From Monocercomonoides exilis PA203 (Eukaryota; Protista; Preaxostyla): a DNA stretch of 64,000 nucleotides. The notes under the pieces were generated by a model. It saw only the letters and a program-made list of their open reading frames with translations, searched no databases and was not told the origin of the DNA. This document shows positions 14,701-26,409 of the stretch, piece after piece; position 1 is the first letter of the stretch; the number at the start of each line of letters is the position of its first letter. The stretch is from assembly GCA_001643675.2 (NCBI GenBank), contig LSRY02000026.1:62001-126000 (forward strand). The letters run 5' to 3'. A program made the translations under genes and the position numbers.

Positions 14701-14991
14701 GGAGATAAGATCTTGAATGGGGAGAGGACAGACATGACAGCTCTGTTTGTGTCGACATTCTGCGAACCGATTAAAGTGACTCTGAATCATCGAATGGATG
14801 AGCGGCCGAGTCTGAAACTGGTGAAGCGCGAGTTGCTCAATCACTTTCCAGCAGGAGCAGTTTTGCTCACTGTCTCTGATGCTTTGTTCACTGAGGATTC
14901 AAGAGGATATGATGGAAGTGAAATAGTTGTGCAGTCGCAAATACAAATTGCTCAAAATGCAGCTTCTGAAACAGCACAGAAGAAACAATGA
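5783..14991 (+). pseudogene. Giant Cys/Gly-rich single-pass receptor-like protein with a C-terminal degenerate kinase domain, disrupted by one frameshift and one in-frame stop
   Basis: ORFs 5783-7315, 7042-11553 and 11572-14991 form one reading path, with a frameshift near 7075-7085 (GGGM..YGISSCV) and an in-frame TAA at 11551-11553. The product has a hydrophobic N-terminus, repeated CSA/GGG beta-helix-like and CG..PC motifs, a TM segment YWLLIVIVLVVILLIVLIVSVVLAV, then kinase C-lobe motifs RWMAPEL, VFSIGMMLWE, PF and RP, without recognisable GxGxxG, HRD or DFG. Confidence 0.8.
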
Positions 14992-16301
14992 AATTGTCTC
15001 TGAAGATGAACTGAAAACAGCTGTCATTTGAGAAATGAAAAGATGCCAAGGGAATAAATATGAAGATGAGAAGAAATATAACAATGAGTTTGGAAGACAC
15101 AAACACAAAACGAAAAGTGAGATTATGGTGTCAACACTTATGGAGCAAAAGTTGAATTCGATTTTCAAAAGTTTTCAGTGTGGAAAATACTTTATTCAAA
15201 TGTGAAGATAACATTTGAAAGAATTCAAACATTTTTTCTTTTTTGATTTTTTGTGACTTGTTTATTTGAAAGATTAATTCATCATAATTGTTAAATATCC
15301 TTGAAAAGAAAGAAATTCAATGAACAATCAAAAACAAAACACATTTTTCACACATGTTTTTCTTTCTTTCTTTTTTCTTAAAACAATAATTTCAGTGAAT
15401 TGGTGAGTTTTTTCTTTCCAACCAGATCAGACATATTCGCATCACCTCAATCATAGCGGTAGATAAAAGTTCTGTCTATTTGCAATAGCTCCGAAAAAAA
15501 AATGTTTGTTCTTCGATGTGATTCAGCTTTCAAGCCACCTTGAATATTTGAAATTGGTTGATAAAATGGAAGCATGAAATCACAAGGTCCTATTTTCAAC
15601 AATACAAGTCAGAAAGCTTCTTCAAATTCTTCTTGATTATATGAAATGGAAGCAGGCAGCTTAAAAAAAGAAAAATAAGTGTTGTTAAAAGATAGCTTAT
15701 AATTTGATATCTGTTCGTTATTACTCTGAAGCAAAACTGAATGAACTTCAGCAGAGCATTGTTTTCACTACACATATTTGAAAGATACAAATTTTACAAA
15801 TGCCTTTTTATTTTCCTTTTTTCTGGTAATATTTTTTTCATTCAAATATTGATATAAATAAGCGTGATTCATCAAACAAATTATTTTTTTAATTGAAAAA
15901 ATGTGAAATTCACCCAGTATTATTGGGTTGTCCATATTTCTTTGCAAAAATAATAAAAAATCGGAAATTGAAAATGAATTATCAAAATTTTTTCGATATA
16001 ACTGAATTTTTTTATTTTTATCGGTTTGAACGATGATCAAATATTTGAGAAGCTTCAATTTGTTGCTGTTTGGAGCTTCCGGAAATCCGAACAATTCATT
16101 CCTGGAATACAAAAATTTTTATAAAAATTTCAACAGAATTTGATTTCTCAAGTGTTTGATTGTTGGAAAAGACGATTTCAATTAATTACGACTCATAATG
16201 GTAATTATTTTTATGAAAGATTTTTTTTCACATATCAATTTTTAAACTATATTTAATAATTTTAACAAAATATTTAGAACCACCCAATATGTTTGCATCG
16301 G

Positions 16302-16397
16302 ATCAGTAATTAATCGGTGACCAAAAAATTTATTGTGGACTTTAAATATTGGCTCTCAAGAGCATTTTTAGTGTGAAAAACAAAACAGGAAACCTTC
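16302..16397 (+). repeat. Degenerate copy of the terminus of the 37813-38782 foldback family
   Basis: tcagtaattaatcggtgaccaaaaaatttattgtggac...ggctctcaagagca...ggaaacctt aligns by eye with 37819-37912. Confidence 0.65.
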
Positions 16398-18185
16398 AAT
16401 ATATGGGTTATTCTTATTGAAAAGTAGTAAATGTCAAATATTTGGGTTAAATGAAAAATGAACCTAATTTGATCATTTATGTCAATAAATCCATCAAATT
16501 TCTTAACAATGCACATATGTTCATATATAAAAGATTTGAATACACTTATTTGCATAGTGATAAAACTTGATGGAATAATCACCAATAATTGTTATTTTGA
16601 GTTCAATTTTTTCACCCAGATAAAAAATATTTGCTTCTTTACAAAAAGAATTTATTATATTTTAAAAAAAAGTTTATTTTTGCATATGGGTCATTCTTTT
16701 TGAAAAGTCGCAAATGTTTTATTATCAAATATATTGGTGATTTTTTTTGATATCATAAAAAATTCCGACGTTTGATCATGAAAAATTTTCATTAAGGGTT
16801 TGGTTGAATCGAAAATGTTTTTGTTAAATTTTACAATAATATATACTAATATATTATTATGATTATTTATTTGCTGATTTTAATTTGTTTCAAATTGTTT
16901 TTGTTTCAAATTTGAAGAAAAAAATAAAAAAATAATCCAAAAAATTGAAACTTCAATGAACAGAATAAAACATAAGTTTTCTGGTTTAAAAACATGATAA
17001 AAATAATTACGATAATGTTATAAAGCAATCTCATTTCCAAATATTTGTTAAATAATGTTATTGAAAATGAAAAAATAAATAGATTGGTTGAAATCGACAA
17101 ATAATAAATGGAATCAATCAAGTTCTTCAGTTTCAGAAATCAATTCACCAACTGTCCTTTCCATAAGTCTTTTCTTTCTCTAATGCTTCAATTACTAGTT
17201 TTTTTAATAAAGAATGAGGTTTTTGTTTATTTTCAAATTCAATCAACTTCGTGAGAAATAAATATCTCCAATTTCTTTCCCAATCCCTTCAAAATCCACA
17301 CTTTTCGATGAATTCGCTCTTCCAACTCGATAGCCACCCTGCATAATGAGATATCCCGCTTTCAATCATTTTCATTTTTTTTAACCTGCTGCCCCTAAAA
17401 CAACACAAAAACAGTCAATAGATAAATATTCATATATAGAAAAATAAATAAATACCAAACTGCCCTTCAACTGTATTTTGTCAAACAACCTCATCTCCAC
17501 AGCCATCATCATTCTAAAAATCAATCTCTTCATTTCAGTCTCAGAATGGTCAAATTGCAGCACGGAATATATCTCCACAAAATACATTGTATATCTCACT
17601 GGAGGGTCTTTTCAGCTTGTATACATTGCGGTGGATGTCCAGAGGTGTTTTTTCTGTTTTTGTCATGATCATCTCCTTTAATAATATTCTCAAACATTCA
17701 AAGCAATGCTTGATGTCTATCTCATCAACACCAGGCACAGGAGGGATATGGGGCAGATAAGAGATGGAAGAGGATTGTTTGTGGCAGGGGGTGGGAGTTG
17801 AGAGTTTTTTGGAATGTTAATATTTCGAGAGAGGCTTTTGAATGAAAGAAATTCTGAGACAAAGGGATGGGGAAGAGCAAGTGGAGATTTGTAGAGGAAA
17901 ATGTAGAAAATATTTGGAGAAGTGGTTGAGGATGATGAGGAAGGTGTTTATTGTTGACTGGAGAACATTTTTTTATAAGAGAAGGAAAAGAGGGCAAAAG
18001 TGGGAAAGAAGAAGGAAAATGTGAACCGTTCAGTTGGAAGATGGATATTTTTTCATGAGAAGAGAATGTTTTATGAAAGAAAATTGGAAAGATGAAGAAA
18101 AGGAGTGAATTAATATTTTCTGAGTAGTTTGTGGGTTGAATGGAAGAGGAAAAATCGAAGAGGAAGGATATTAAGAAATGACCTC

Positions 18186-18221
<36 letters not shown>

Positions 18222-19295
18222 TTTCTAAGTGAAGGGCAGAACAATTGCAAAAATACAGACAACGAACTGAGGAAGTCATCTTTCATCAATTAATTTCCTT
18301 CAGTCTTCAACATATTTTACGATAACGATTGTTTGCTCTTTCTCAAGTCAACTCATCAAATACAATAACTGGCCCCATCAACAACATTATTTGAAGCCTT
18401 CTCACATTTTTCTTCGGAAATGTCATTCAACTTATTTCATATTTCTCAATCATCTCTTCTTCTTCACCTTCTTCACCTTTATCTTCTTTGATATTTCCTC
18501 TCATTTTGCATTGGATCAAGCCATTGACATTCAAATGTGTGTTAGCTGTTCAGTTGGCAGCTTGATAAAGCGCGCCAAAAATTATTTCGTTCAGTTAGCT
18601 TTTTCTCAACAGCAACGTCATTGTTGTCGATGCATTCTGCAGCTTCGCTGGATGTTCATCAAAACTGTTTTCATCTTCTGCAGCGGCACGTTCCACTCTG
18701 CAACAGTACTTCTTACGGCTTCCGCGCTCTGGCTGTGCCGAACGGAGTGAATGAGGTGAATGGGCATCGCATGAGAAATGGCAGTGGAAGGAGGGTAAGA
18801 GCTGTTAGGCACATTGTGTTCATCCGCTCGCTTTGTAATACCGCTGTGGAGCGTGGAGAAAGGAGGGCGATCTACAGAGGACACGAAATCATCATAAAGA
18901 GCCAAAGAAGAAGACGAAGAAGAAGATGAATGAGAATGACTTATTTTCCACTAAACAAAATAACACTTTTGACAAAAGCAGAACAAAGAAAGCAACAGAA
19001 AGGAAGAGGAGGGAAAGTTAAGAAAAAAAAGAGGTGATGCTGATGATGACTACGAGATGAGTTGCAGCAGACATTCTGCTCGTTTGACAGCACATTATCA
19101 TCTGTTCAGCTACATACTCAAAACATCGCAGACACCTCTTCAATTGCAACTCCTCTTTTTTCTCCTTTTCCCCGCGCCCAATTGCATGCGTCTTCTGTTT
19201 TTGTGGGAACTCCTCTTTCGTTACACAGAAGTCCATCTGTACATCAGGCTTAAGCTCTGTCTCTCTGTTGGATGTTTCTTTTTCGTCTCTGCCTC

Positions 19296-19640
19296 CTTCT
19301 TCTCCTTCTTCTTCTTCTTCTCATTCTTCTCATTCTTCTCATTCTTCTCATTCTTCTTCTCCTTCTTCTCCTTCTTCTTCCTCTTTTTCTTCTTCTCCAT
19401 TTAATTCTTCCTCTTCTTCTTCTTCTTCTTCTTCTTCTTCTTCTTCTTCTTCTTCTTCTTCTTCTTCTTCTTCTTCTTCTTCTTCTTCTTTACCTTCTTC
19501 TCCTTCTTCTCCTTCTTCTTCCTCTTTTTCTTCTTCTCCATTTAATTCTTCCTCTTCTTCTTCCTCTTCTTCTCTTTCTTCTTTCTCTTCTCCTTCTTCT
19601 CCTTCTTCTCCTCACCCTCTTCTTCCTCCTCTTCTTCATG
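19296..19640. repeat. (TTC)n-type low-complexity tract with an internal ~70-bp direct duplication
   Basis: Pure TTC run at ~19411-19490. The unit ccttcttcttcctctttttcttcttctccatttaattcttcctc occurs twice (~19371 and ~19511). Confidence 0.9.
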
Positions 19641-19914
19641 TCGGTTAGATAATTATTTAAACAATCGTTCTATCTTCTTTGAAGCTGATTGTTTAAATGA
19701 TATTTCAATAACTTGTTTTTCTTCTTTTATTAATCAAAAAAATATGTATATATATATAATTATGATAACCCTTTCACTTCCGCATTTCTCTTAAGATCAT
19801 TTAGCAACACAGTCGAAAATCATTTATCACATAAAAGGGAAATGACGGGTGATAAACAGACAGATGAAGTGCAAAGGCACAAAAAATAATGAGGAAGAAA
19901 TTGAAGTGGAGTTC

Positions 19915-20121
19915 GAAGAACAAGAAGAAGAAGAAGAAGAAGAAGAAGAAGAAGAAGAAGAAGAAGAAGAAGAAGAAGAAGAAGAAGAAGAAGAAGAAGA
20001 AGAAGAAGAAGAAAAAGAAGAAGAAGAAGAAGAAGAAAAGAAGAAGAAGAAGATGATGATGATGATGACGACGACGACGAAGAAGAAGAAGAAGAAGAAG
20101 AAGAAGAAGAAAAGAAGAAGA
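19915..20121. repeat. (GAA)n/(GAT)n/(GAC)n compound microsatellite
   Basis: Read directly from the sequence. Confidence 0.9.
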
Positions 20122-21552
20122 GAGCTGTAGGCAGAATCAATGGAAGCAAGGTTAGTGGACGAGATTGCGAAAGTACAGAAAAGTTGAAGAAATCTAAGAT
20201 TTAGATGAGAGACTTCATGCGTGCTTGAGATATTGTAAAGTCAGTGAATGAAAAAGGGAAAAGTGCAGAAGATATCCAAAACAGAAAAAATTTACGAATA
20301 TACTAATCTTCGAGAAGATGATACAAATGGTTAGGAATTTAAGGAGAAAGCAGAAGCGGAGCTGGTGCCAGCGCAGAAGAAGAAAAATAAGCCTGACGAT
20401 GTCCTGGAGAAGAAAAGAAAGAAGACAAACTTTCTTTATTAAAAGCGTTTGCCGTATTACAGCTCTTTGCAAACACATTCCTCCCAATCTTTACCCAGCA
20501 CCACAAAATTTTATCTATGATCGATAATATCCTTAATCATTCTGATTGCAACCAATTGTATCCCTCCTCCTTCACTCAGAATAATTTTCAATGCTCCTCT
20601 TTCAATGCTCCTCCTTCAATGCTCCTCTTTGACGCTGCCATTCAATTCTGGTTCCATTCATTACAATTCCAACTTTCATGCTTTATCCAATCATTTCTTT
20701 CTCTTCCTCTTTATCAACAACGTTTACACTTCTTCCTTCTCTTTGGACATCAAGCTCTTCAATTTGCCAAATTATTTGAGAGTGCAATAATCAACACCTT
20801 ATGTTCTGCCCCTTCTTCAGAAGCCCATTCGTATTTTGCATGCTTATGCAGATCATCTTTGGAAATCCACAAAGCAATTCTTCAATCCAAGATGCTCCAT
20901 CCATACACATATTTTAAGAACCAGTCGAAGAATAAAAATAGGCTTTCATCTCAATCACATTATGTGTTTGTTCAATCAAACCAAACAACCGAGTTATCTT
21001 TTTGATCAATGCATTTCATAAATGAGAAGGAAGATTTGCAACAGAAGCGACAATTGATTCACACATAAAATGAACTTCTCTTCCTCCATTTCCTTATCCT
21101 TGTTTTTCTCTTTCCGCCTCTGTCACACAAAGCTGACTGAACTTAGTGAGAAGTTTCACATGAAGATATAAAAAATACTATAAATTATTTATGAAAAATT
21201 AATTTTTCAAAATTTATTGCAATCTTTAGTTCTTTGAATAATTTTTTTCTTGATAAATTTTGTTTTACAGGTCAAGAAACTTTCATTCAAATGTTTTAAT
21301 TAATTTTTAGTTAAGCATTTACATAATTTTTGGTTTGTTCCAATGAATGCAAGATCAAAAAAATGTTTTTCTCTCAAAACATAAAAAAGGTATGATTTTT
21401 AGAATACAGAATAAAAGCTGACATGTGTTTTGATTTTTTGTGAGAAAAACGTTTGAAATATCAATATTTAGTAAAAGATCAAAATAACCACAATAAATTT
21501 TTCATTATCGATTTTTGATCTTTTTTTATGATTTCAAAAAAAATCACCCATA

Positions 21553-21700
21553 TTAAAGATTTCATATTTTACTCAAATATCTGTTAACATGCACCAAACT
21601 TTCCTAATGTGGAATCAATTATTGGATAATGTTATTTCATACATTTAAGTGAAGTTTGGTGCATGTTAACAGATATTTGAGAAAAATATGAAATCTTTAA
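21553..21700. mobile_element. 148-bp MITE with 49-bp TIRs and a TA target-site duplication
   Basis: 21553-21601 and 21652-21700 are inverted with one mismatch, with TA at 21551-52 and 21701-02. Removing the element and one TA restores the host TIR to the length of its uninterrupted left copy. Confidence 0.85.
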
Positions 21701-22008
21701 TATATTTGATAATTAAACATTTGCGACTTTTCAAAAAGAATGACCCATATGCTGTGTTATCGTTTTTGGAAAACAAGAATATTTCAGTACTGAAAATAAT
21801 ATCATACAGATGTTTGGTTTTGGAATGTGAAACTAATTTTTTAGAATGAAAAGAAATATAATGATGAAAGTTGAAAACAATATGGATGAATATTTTTGAA
21901 TCATATTTTTTTAATAAAATATATTGATTTCAGAATTCACTTTGACAGTTGAAAAATAAAGACTGAAAAGTTAAACTCTTTTCAAAAATAGTTTTTTCAT
22001 GAATATAT

Positions 22009-22271
22009 GGGTTATAATTTTTGAAATCACATTTTTTGGAACAAAAAATTCTGTTCCATAATACAGTTTTTAAATTTTTTTCATAAATACATAAAAGTGA
22101 TAACTCAAATCAAAGTGTATCTCTTTCAAAAAATTACTTCAACTATTAGCTTAAAAAAAACAATAGATAAACATTTGACATTTAATTGTTCATAATATAT
22201 TAAATGGAATTAAATTTTCAAAAAATAAAACAACACTCCGAAAAAAGTTATTATTTCAAAAATAATCACCC
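22009..22271. mobile_element. Degenerate ~260-bp MITE of the GGG-ended family
   Basis: The left end reads ATAT|GGGttataatttttgaaatc and the right end, reverse-complemented, reads AAAT|GGGtgattatttttgaaata. Both resemble the 16688 terminus. Confidence 0.5.
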
Positions 22272-24116
22272 ATTTTCTCAAACACTGTTACATTGAACAA
22301 TTATAATAATTATAATTTTTAAAAATGAATAATTCCTATCCAAAATAATAAAACATTTGTAGAATCCACATTTCGAAATAAGTTTTGATTTCTTAAGAAT
22401 CACACATTAATGAAATACGACACTATTTTATATAAAAGAAAATTTTTTATTGCAATAATTCAATATGTGTGTTTATTTTCAAAAATCATTTTTTTTTTCA
22501 TTTTTCTATTCTTTTCTTTTCTTTTCTTTTCCTTTCCTTTTCTTTTTATTTTGTTTTTATTTTATTTTATTTTATTTTTTGGAATGTTGTTTCTTGGAAG
22601 AGGAATTTTTCATTCTCATAAATTATAAATAATTATTGTCAAAATGACGATGCTTAAGAACATGTTCAAGAAAATATTTTATTTTTAAGGTGTTTTGACT
22701 TTTCAGTGCTCATGTTTCAATGAGAATTTTCAAATCGAAATTTTAAATAGTTAAAATGTGAATTCAATAATTATTTCTAATATATCAATATAAATGTTTA
22801 TCCAAGGACTTCAAGAAATTAATGATATTTTATCAATTAATACATTTTTGATTTTTTTCAAAAAAGAAATTTGTATTAACACTCTATATGCAACAAGCAC
22901 AATATCAGATATTTTCAATGTTTTTTTTTGATATATTTCATTGGTGTTTGATAAGAAACTAAAAATTTGAAAAAAAGAATAATTTGAACCATAAAAGCAT
23001 TTCTATGATGAGGAGATTGAAAAATTCTTCAAATTTTTTAACTGCAAATTTCGTTTAATCGAAATGCGTTTGCGTATTTACTGGCATTAATTTGGATGTT
23101 TTTGCAGTTATGTTTATTGTTTGCGATGGAATGCTGGATGATGTGAAGAAAAACCGTTTGCACGTATTCCCTTCATTCATGCATATTTTCATTTCATTTT
23201 TAGTTATCACTTCTGATTTCAGGAAATTTTGTAATGCTTACGGTTGTTTATGCGTTCATGAGCAGAATTGTTTGCTTGCTTTTTTTAAATTCAAAATGAC
23301 AAAAATAACATTATTTTTGCTTTTTTCCCCACAGATGATTGACTGTTGTGCGTGCGGAGATTTTTGAAGAGAAGACGCTTTGAAAACTCATTCATCTTCA
23401 ATGGACTGGAAGCGAAAGCATCGCGCTTGCTTTTCGACTATTTGTTTTCTATGAAAGTGTTTGATATATTATCTGTTCAATTGCAGCTTGCGAAAAGAAA
23501 TGAATAAATGGACAAACATCTAATTCTTGCGTGCTCTGAGTGAATGGCAAGGAGAAAGCGAGCGCTAATGATAAATATTCAAGAAGAAAGTGATTGGAAG
23601 ATGTTGGATCAAGTCAGATTTTTGGTAAAGCTATCAAAATAGAAATAATGAATAGAAATATTGGATTCACGATGCTTAGCTGTGGAAAGGAGCAATTGAT
23701 TCGGAAAAAAAGAAGCCGGAAAACTACAAAATATATTTTTATGATTTGTTTTGTTTTCTGTTTTTTTTGAAAGCGTTTAATTTTAATTTTTCAATGAGCC
23801 AGCAAAGAGGAAATGAGGAGAAAGAACAAAGAATTGAATGGCTTTGAAGACGAAGAAGATGTTAGGAAGAATAGTATGTTTTTTATGAAAGAATGAGAAG
23901 CAAAGAAAGGATCGAAAAAAGGAAAGGAGATTGAAGGAAGGAAAGGAAAGGCATTTCGAAGATGACTTGCACAAGAACATGATGAAAAAAATGTTTTGAA
24001 AGAAAGAAGAATTGAGAGAAAGAATAAAAGAGAAAAAAATTAAAGGAGAAAGAGGGAAGAAGAGAAAGAGAAGGAAGTATATTAATGTGTTTTTTTTGAC
24101 TTCTTGACTTTTTGGC

Positions 24117-24152
<36 letters not shown>

Positions 24153-24998
24153 GAGGGAGAGAGAGGGAGAAGGAGAAGACAGAGGTGAAAATGAATAGGA
24201 TTCATTTATTTCTGTTTGCAAGAAGAACATCCGAGCAAAAAAGATGAAAACAAGAAAAGACCGATTTCACTGATCATCTCGGCTGTTGTTTGTTTTCATT
24301 CATCTCCATCATTCTCAATAGCTAATCATCTCATTCATTTCAATTCAATTCAACTTCTTCTTCTTCTTCTACTTCTTCTTCATTCACCAACTCTGATTGG
24401 AATTCTTCGATTTTTCCATCTTCATCAGAGTTAATAAGAGAAATTATGAAGACGAAGAAGGAAAAAACAGAAGAAATGAAGGAATAACAAAAATGTTCAG
24501 AAGAGAAACAGAACAAGCCAAAGATGGTTGACTGTCTTATGGATTGGAAGAGAAAGAAGATTCTGCATTGAAAGGGAATTTAGAATGGAAATCGGATGAA
24601 AGGCTTGAAAAGATTCTTCAGACAAAAAAACAGAAATGAAATAAGAAAAGGGAAAGAAAAGAAAAGAAAAGAAAAGAAAAGAAAAGAAAGAAGATTTTGA
24701 GAAAGAATAGGTTGATTGAACCGAAAGCAGTTTGAGAAGAGAAGCTAAAAAAAGGCAGCACAAAACAGATTATTTGGAAAAGCCGAGGAAAATGTTTGAA
24801 AAATCTATCAATTTGAGAGGCGAAACAATTGAGAATAACGTGATATCCTTTTTTTTAAAAAAAAACACTTCGCTTCATTTTTTGAAGTGGAAAAGAAAAT
24901 GCTTTTGTGTGCTTCAAGTGTCTGTTTGTTGAATTGTGAAATGATAAAAAAATAAAAACATAATTTTTGAGTGAGAAAACCAAATAAAATAAATCTGG

Positions 24999-26409
24999 TT
25001 AAGCATTCACAAAATAATTTGAAATATCTAACGATAATTCATTATGGAAACTTTCGTTGAGAGAATCAAATATTTCATAAATACCAGTGATGGTATCTTC
25101 GAATCCTTCTTCTTCCATCCTTTCAAATATCTCCATTTTCATTGTCTTTCTTTTAACTTCTTCCATTTCTTCTTTCTCCTCTTTTTTCAATCTCCTTAAA
25201 ATTGCATAAAAAAATTTCAAGCATTCATGTATTATTTCGTCATTTAGTGTTTGTCGCTGAATCTCCTCCAAAATAGCATCAATAGCACCACTTTTCAACA
25301 AGCAATCAACTTTTACAGTTCGATTTGGAATTGCTATTCTAATGCACTCGATACAATAGCTGCGTATTTCATTGTGATAATCCTTTGCTGCTCTTAATAC
25401 CTGAGCAATGCCGCAAATAATTACAATATCTTCTTCATTTCTTAATTGATAACCGATAAAAAAAAACTTCAATGCTCTTAACCACATCTTCAAAGTATAC
25501 ACTTCTTTTGTATCTTTTCCTCTGTCTTCTCCTTTTTTACTCTTCCAATCCACACATTTCGCAAACTCTTCCAGTTCTTTTCTCACCTCTCTTGCAAAAT
25601 GCAATTCATCCATAACAATTCCTTTCAAATTAATAAGTACTAGTGATCGGTTTATCAAAAACTCCCAAGCAGACTGATAGGCAAGTCGTGTTAGATTCTG
25701 ATGTTCCTGGTGATATTCGATGATTTCTTTGATTTCCTTCAAAAACAGTTTCTGTACGATAAACTTATTTTAAAAGGCAGAAAAAACCAATAATGTCAAA
25801 AAGAAAAAAAGCTTCATACGTCTTGCCCCAAATTATTCAAAGCCAATAGAGCAGTTTTCACTTCTTTTTGAGCTTCCTCCTCTTCTTCTTTCTTCAATGC
25901 GACTTTCAGAACTCATGGCACACAAATGTGAAGCATTTCAGTTTGGAAGAAGAAACTTAAGGACATATAGCATTCACAAAGGTCAGATAGCAGCTTTTCA
26001 TTTTCCCCTTCTTTTTTCTGATCTTCTTCAAAAATCATCTTTTCAAATCTTCTGTTCAAGAAAAATTTACCATATCCATCAACACTAATTCCTTTCAGAA
26101 CCTTGCAATATCCAATGCGCTTCAACAACATAATGGCATTCTCCAAATCAATCTTCTTTTTTTTTATCATTTCATCAACTCTGTCGAACAGTTCGGTTGT
26201 GAAAACAGTTTTGAGTTCTTCTCCATCCATTTCATCAACAATTTCATTCATTTCTTCGATTTTCTGTTTTTGCTCATCCTCATCACAATGTTCAAGTTTA
26301 TCAAATAATTCTTTAATTATGTTTGAAAAAATAAATGAAATAGAAAAGAATTCAAATGCAACAATGTTTGCAAACCATTAAATCTTTTAGTGATACTCGT
26401 TGTCTGCAT
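24999..26409 (-). pseudogene. Uncharacterised helical (ARM-like) family protein, copy 1, with a premature TGA
   Basis: Its three-exon structure is shared with copies 2 and 3 (MQTTSITKRFN|ELFDKLEHC...LGQD|FIVQKLFLKE...YFVNA). TGA at 25913-25915 replaces the TGC (Cys) of copy 3 (ccatgagttctg vs ccatgcgttctg). Confidence 0.8.

Larger units (their letters stand above)
16688..21746. mobile_element. Non-autonomous TIR element (~5.06 kb, GGG...CCC ends, ATAT flanks) carrying decayed gene fragments (Pack-like)
   Basis: 16682-16735 is the reverse complement of 21699-21752 with one mismatch. Similarity continues inward (16736-16790 vs ~21495-21549) once the inserted MITE is removed. ATAT lies at 16684-16687 and 21747-21750. 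No transposase is seen inside. Confidence 0.75.

Noticed and set aside
7526-14844. Numerous minus-strand ORFs up to 319 aa
   Set aside because: They are antisense shadows of the G/T-skewed giant gene, with Pro/Ser/Thr-rich translations and no motifs.
19057-20149. Poly-Ser, poly-Leu, poly-Glu and poly-Phe ORFs (also 31245-32519, 54568-54912, 61414-61901)
   Set aside because: They are stop-free only because of trinucleotide microsatellites, or are antisense to a real acidic tail.
21553-21700. Kolobok or piggyBac-like TTAA-flanked interpretation of the small MITE
   Set aside because: The intact opposite TIR shows the empty site fits a TA duplication, not TTAA.
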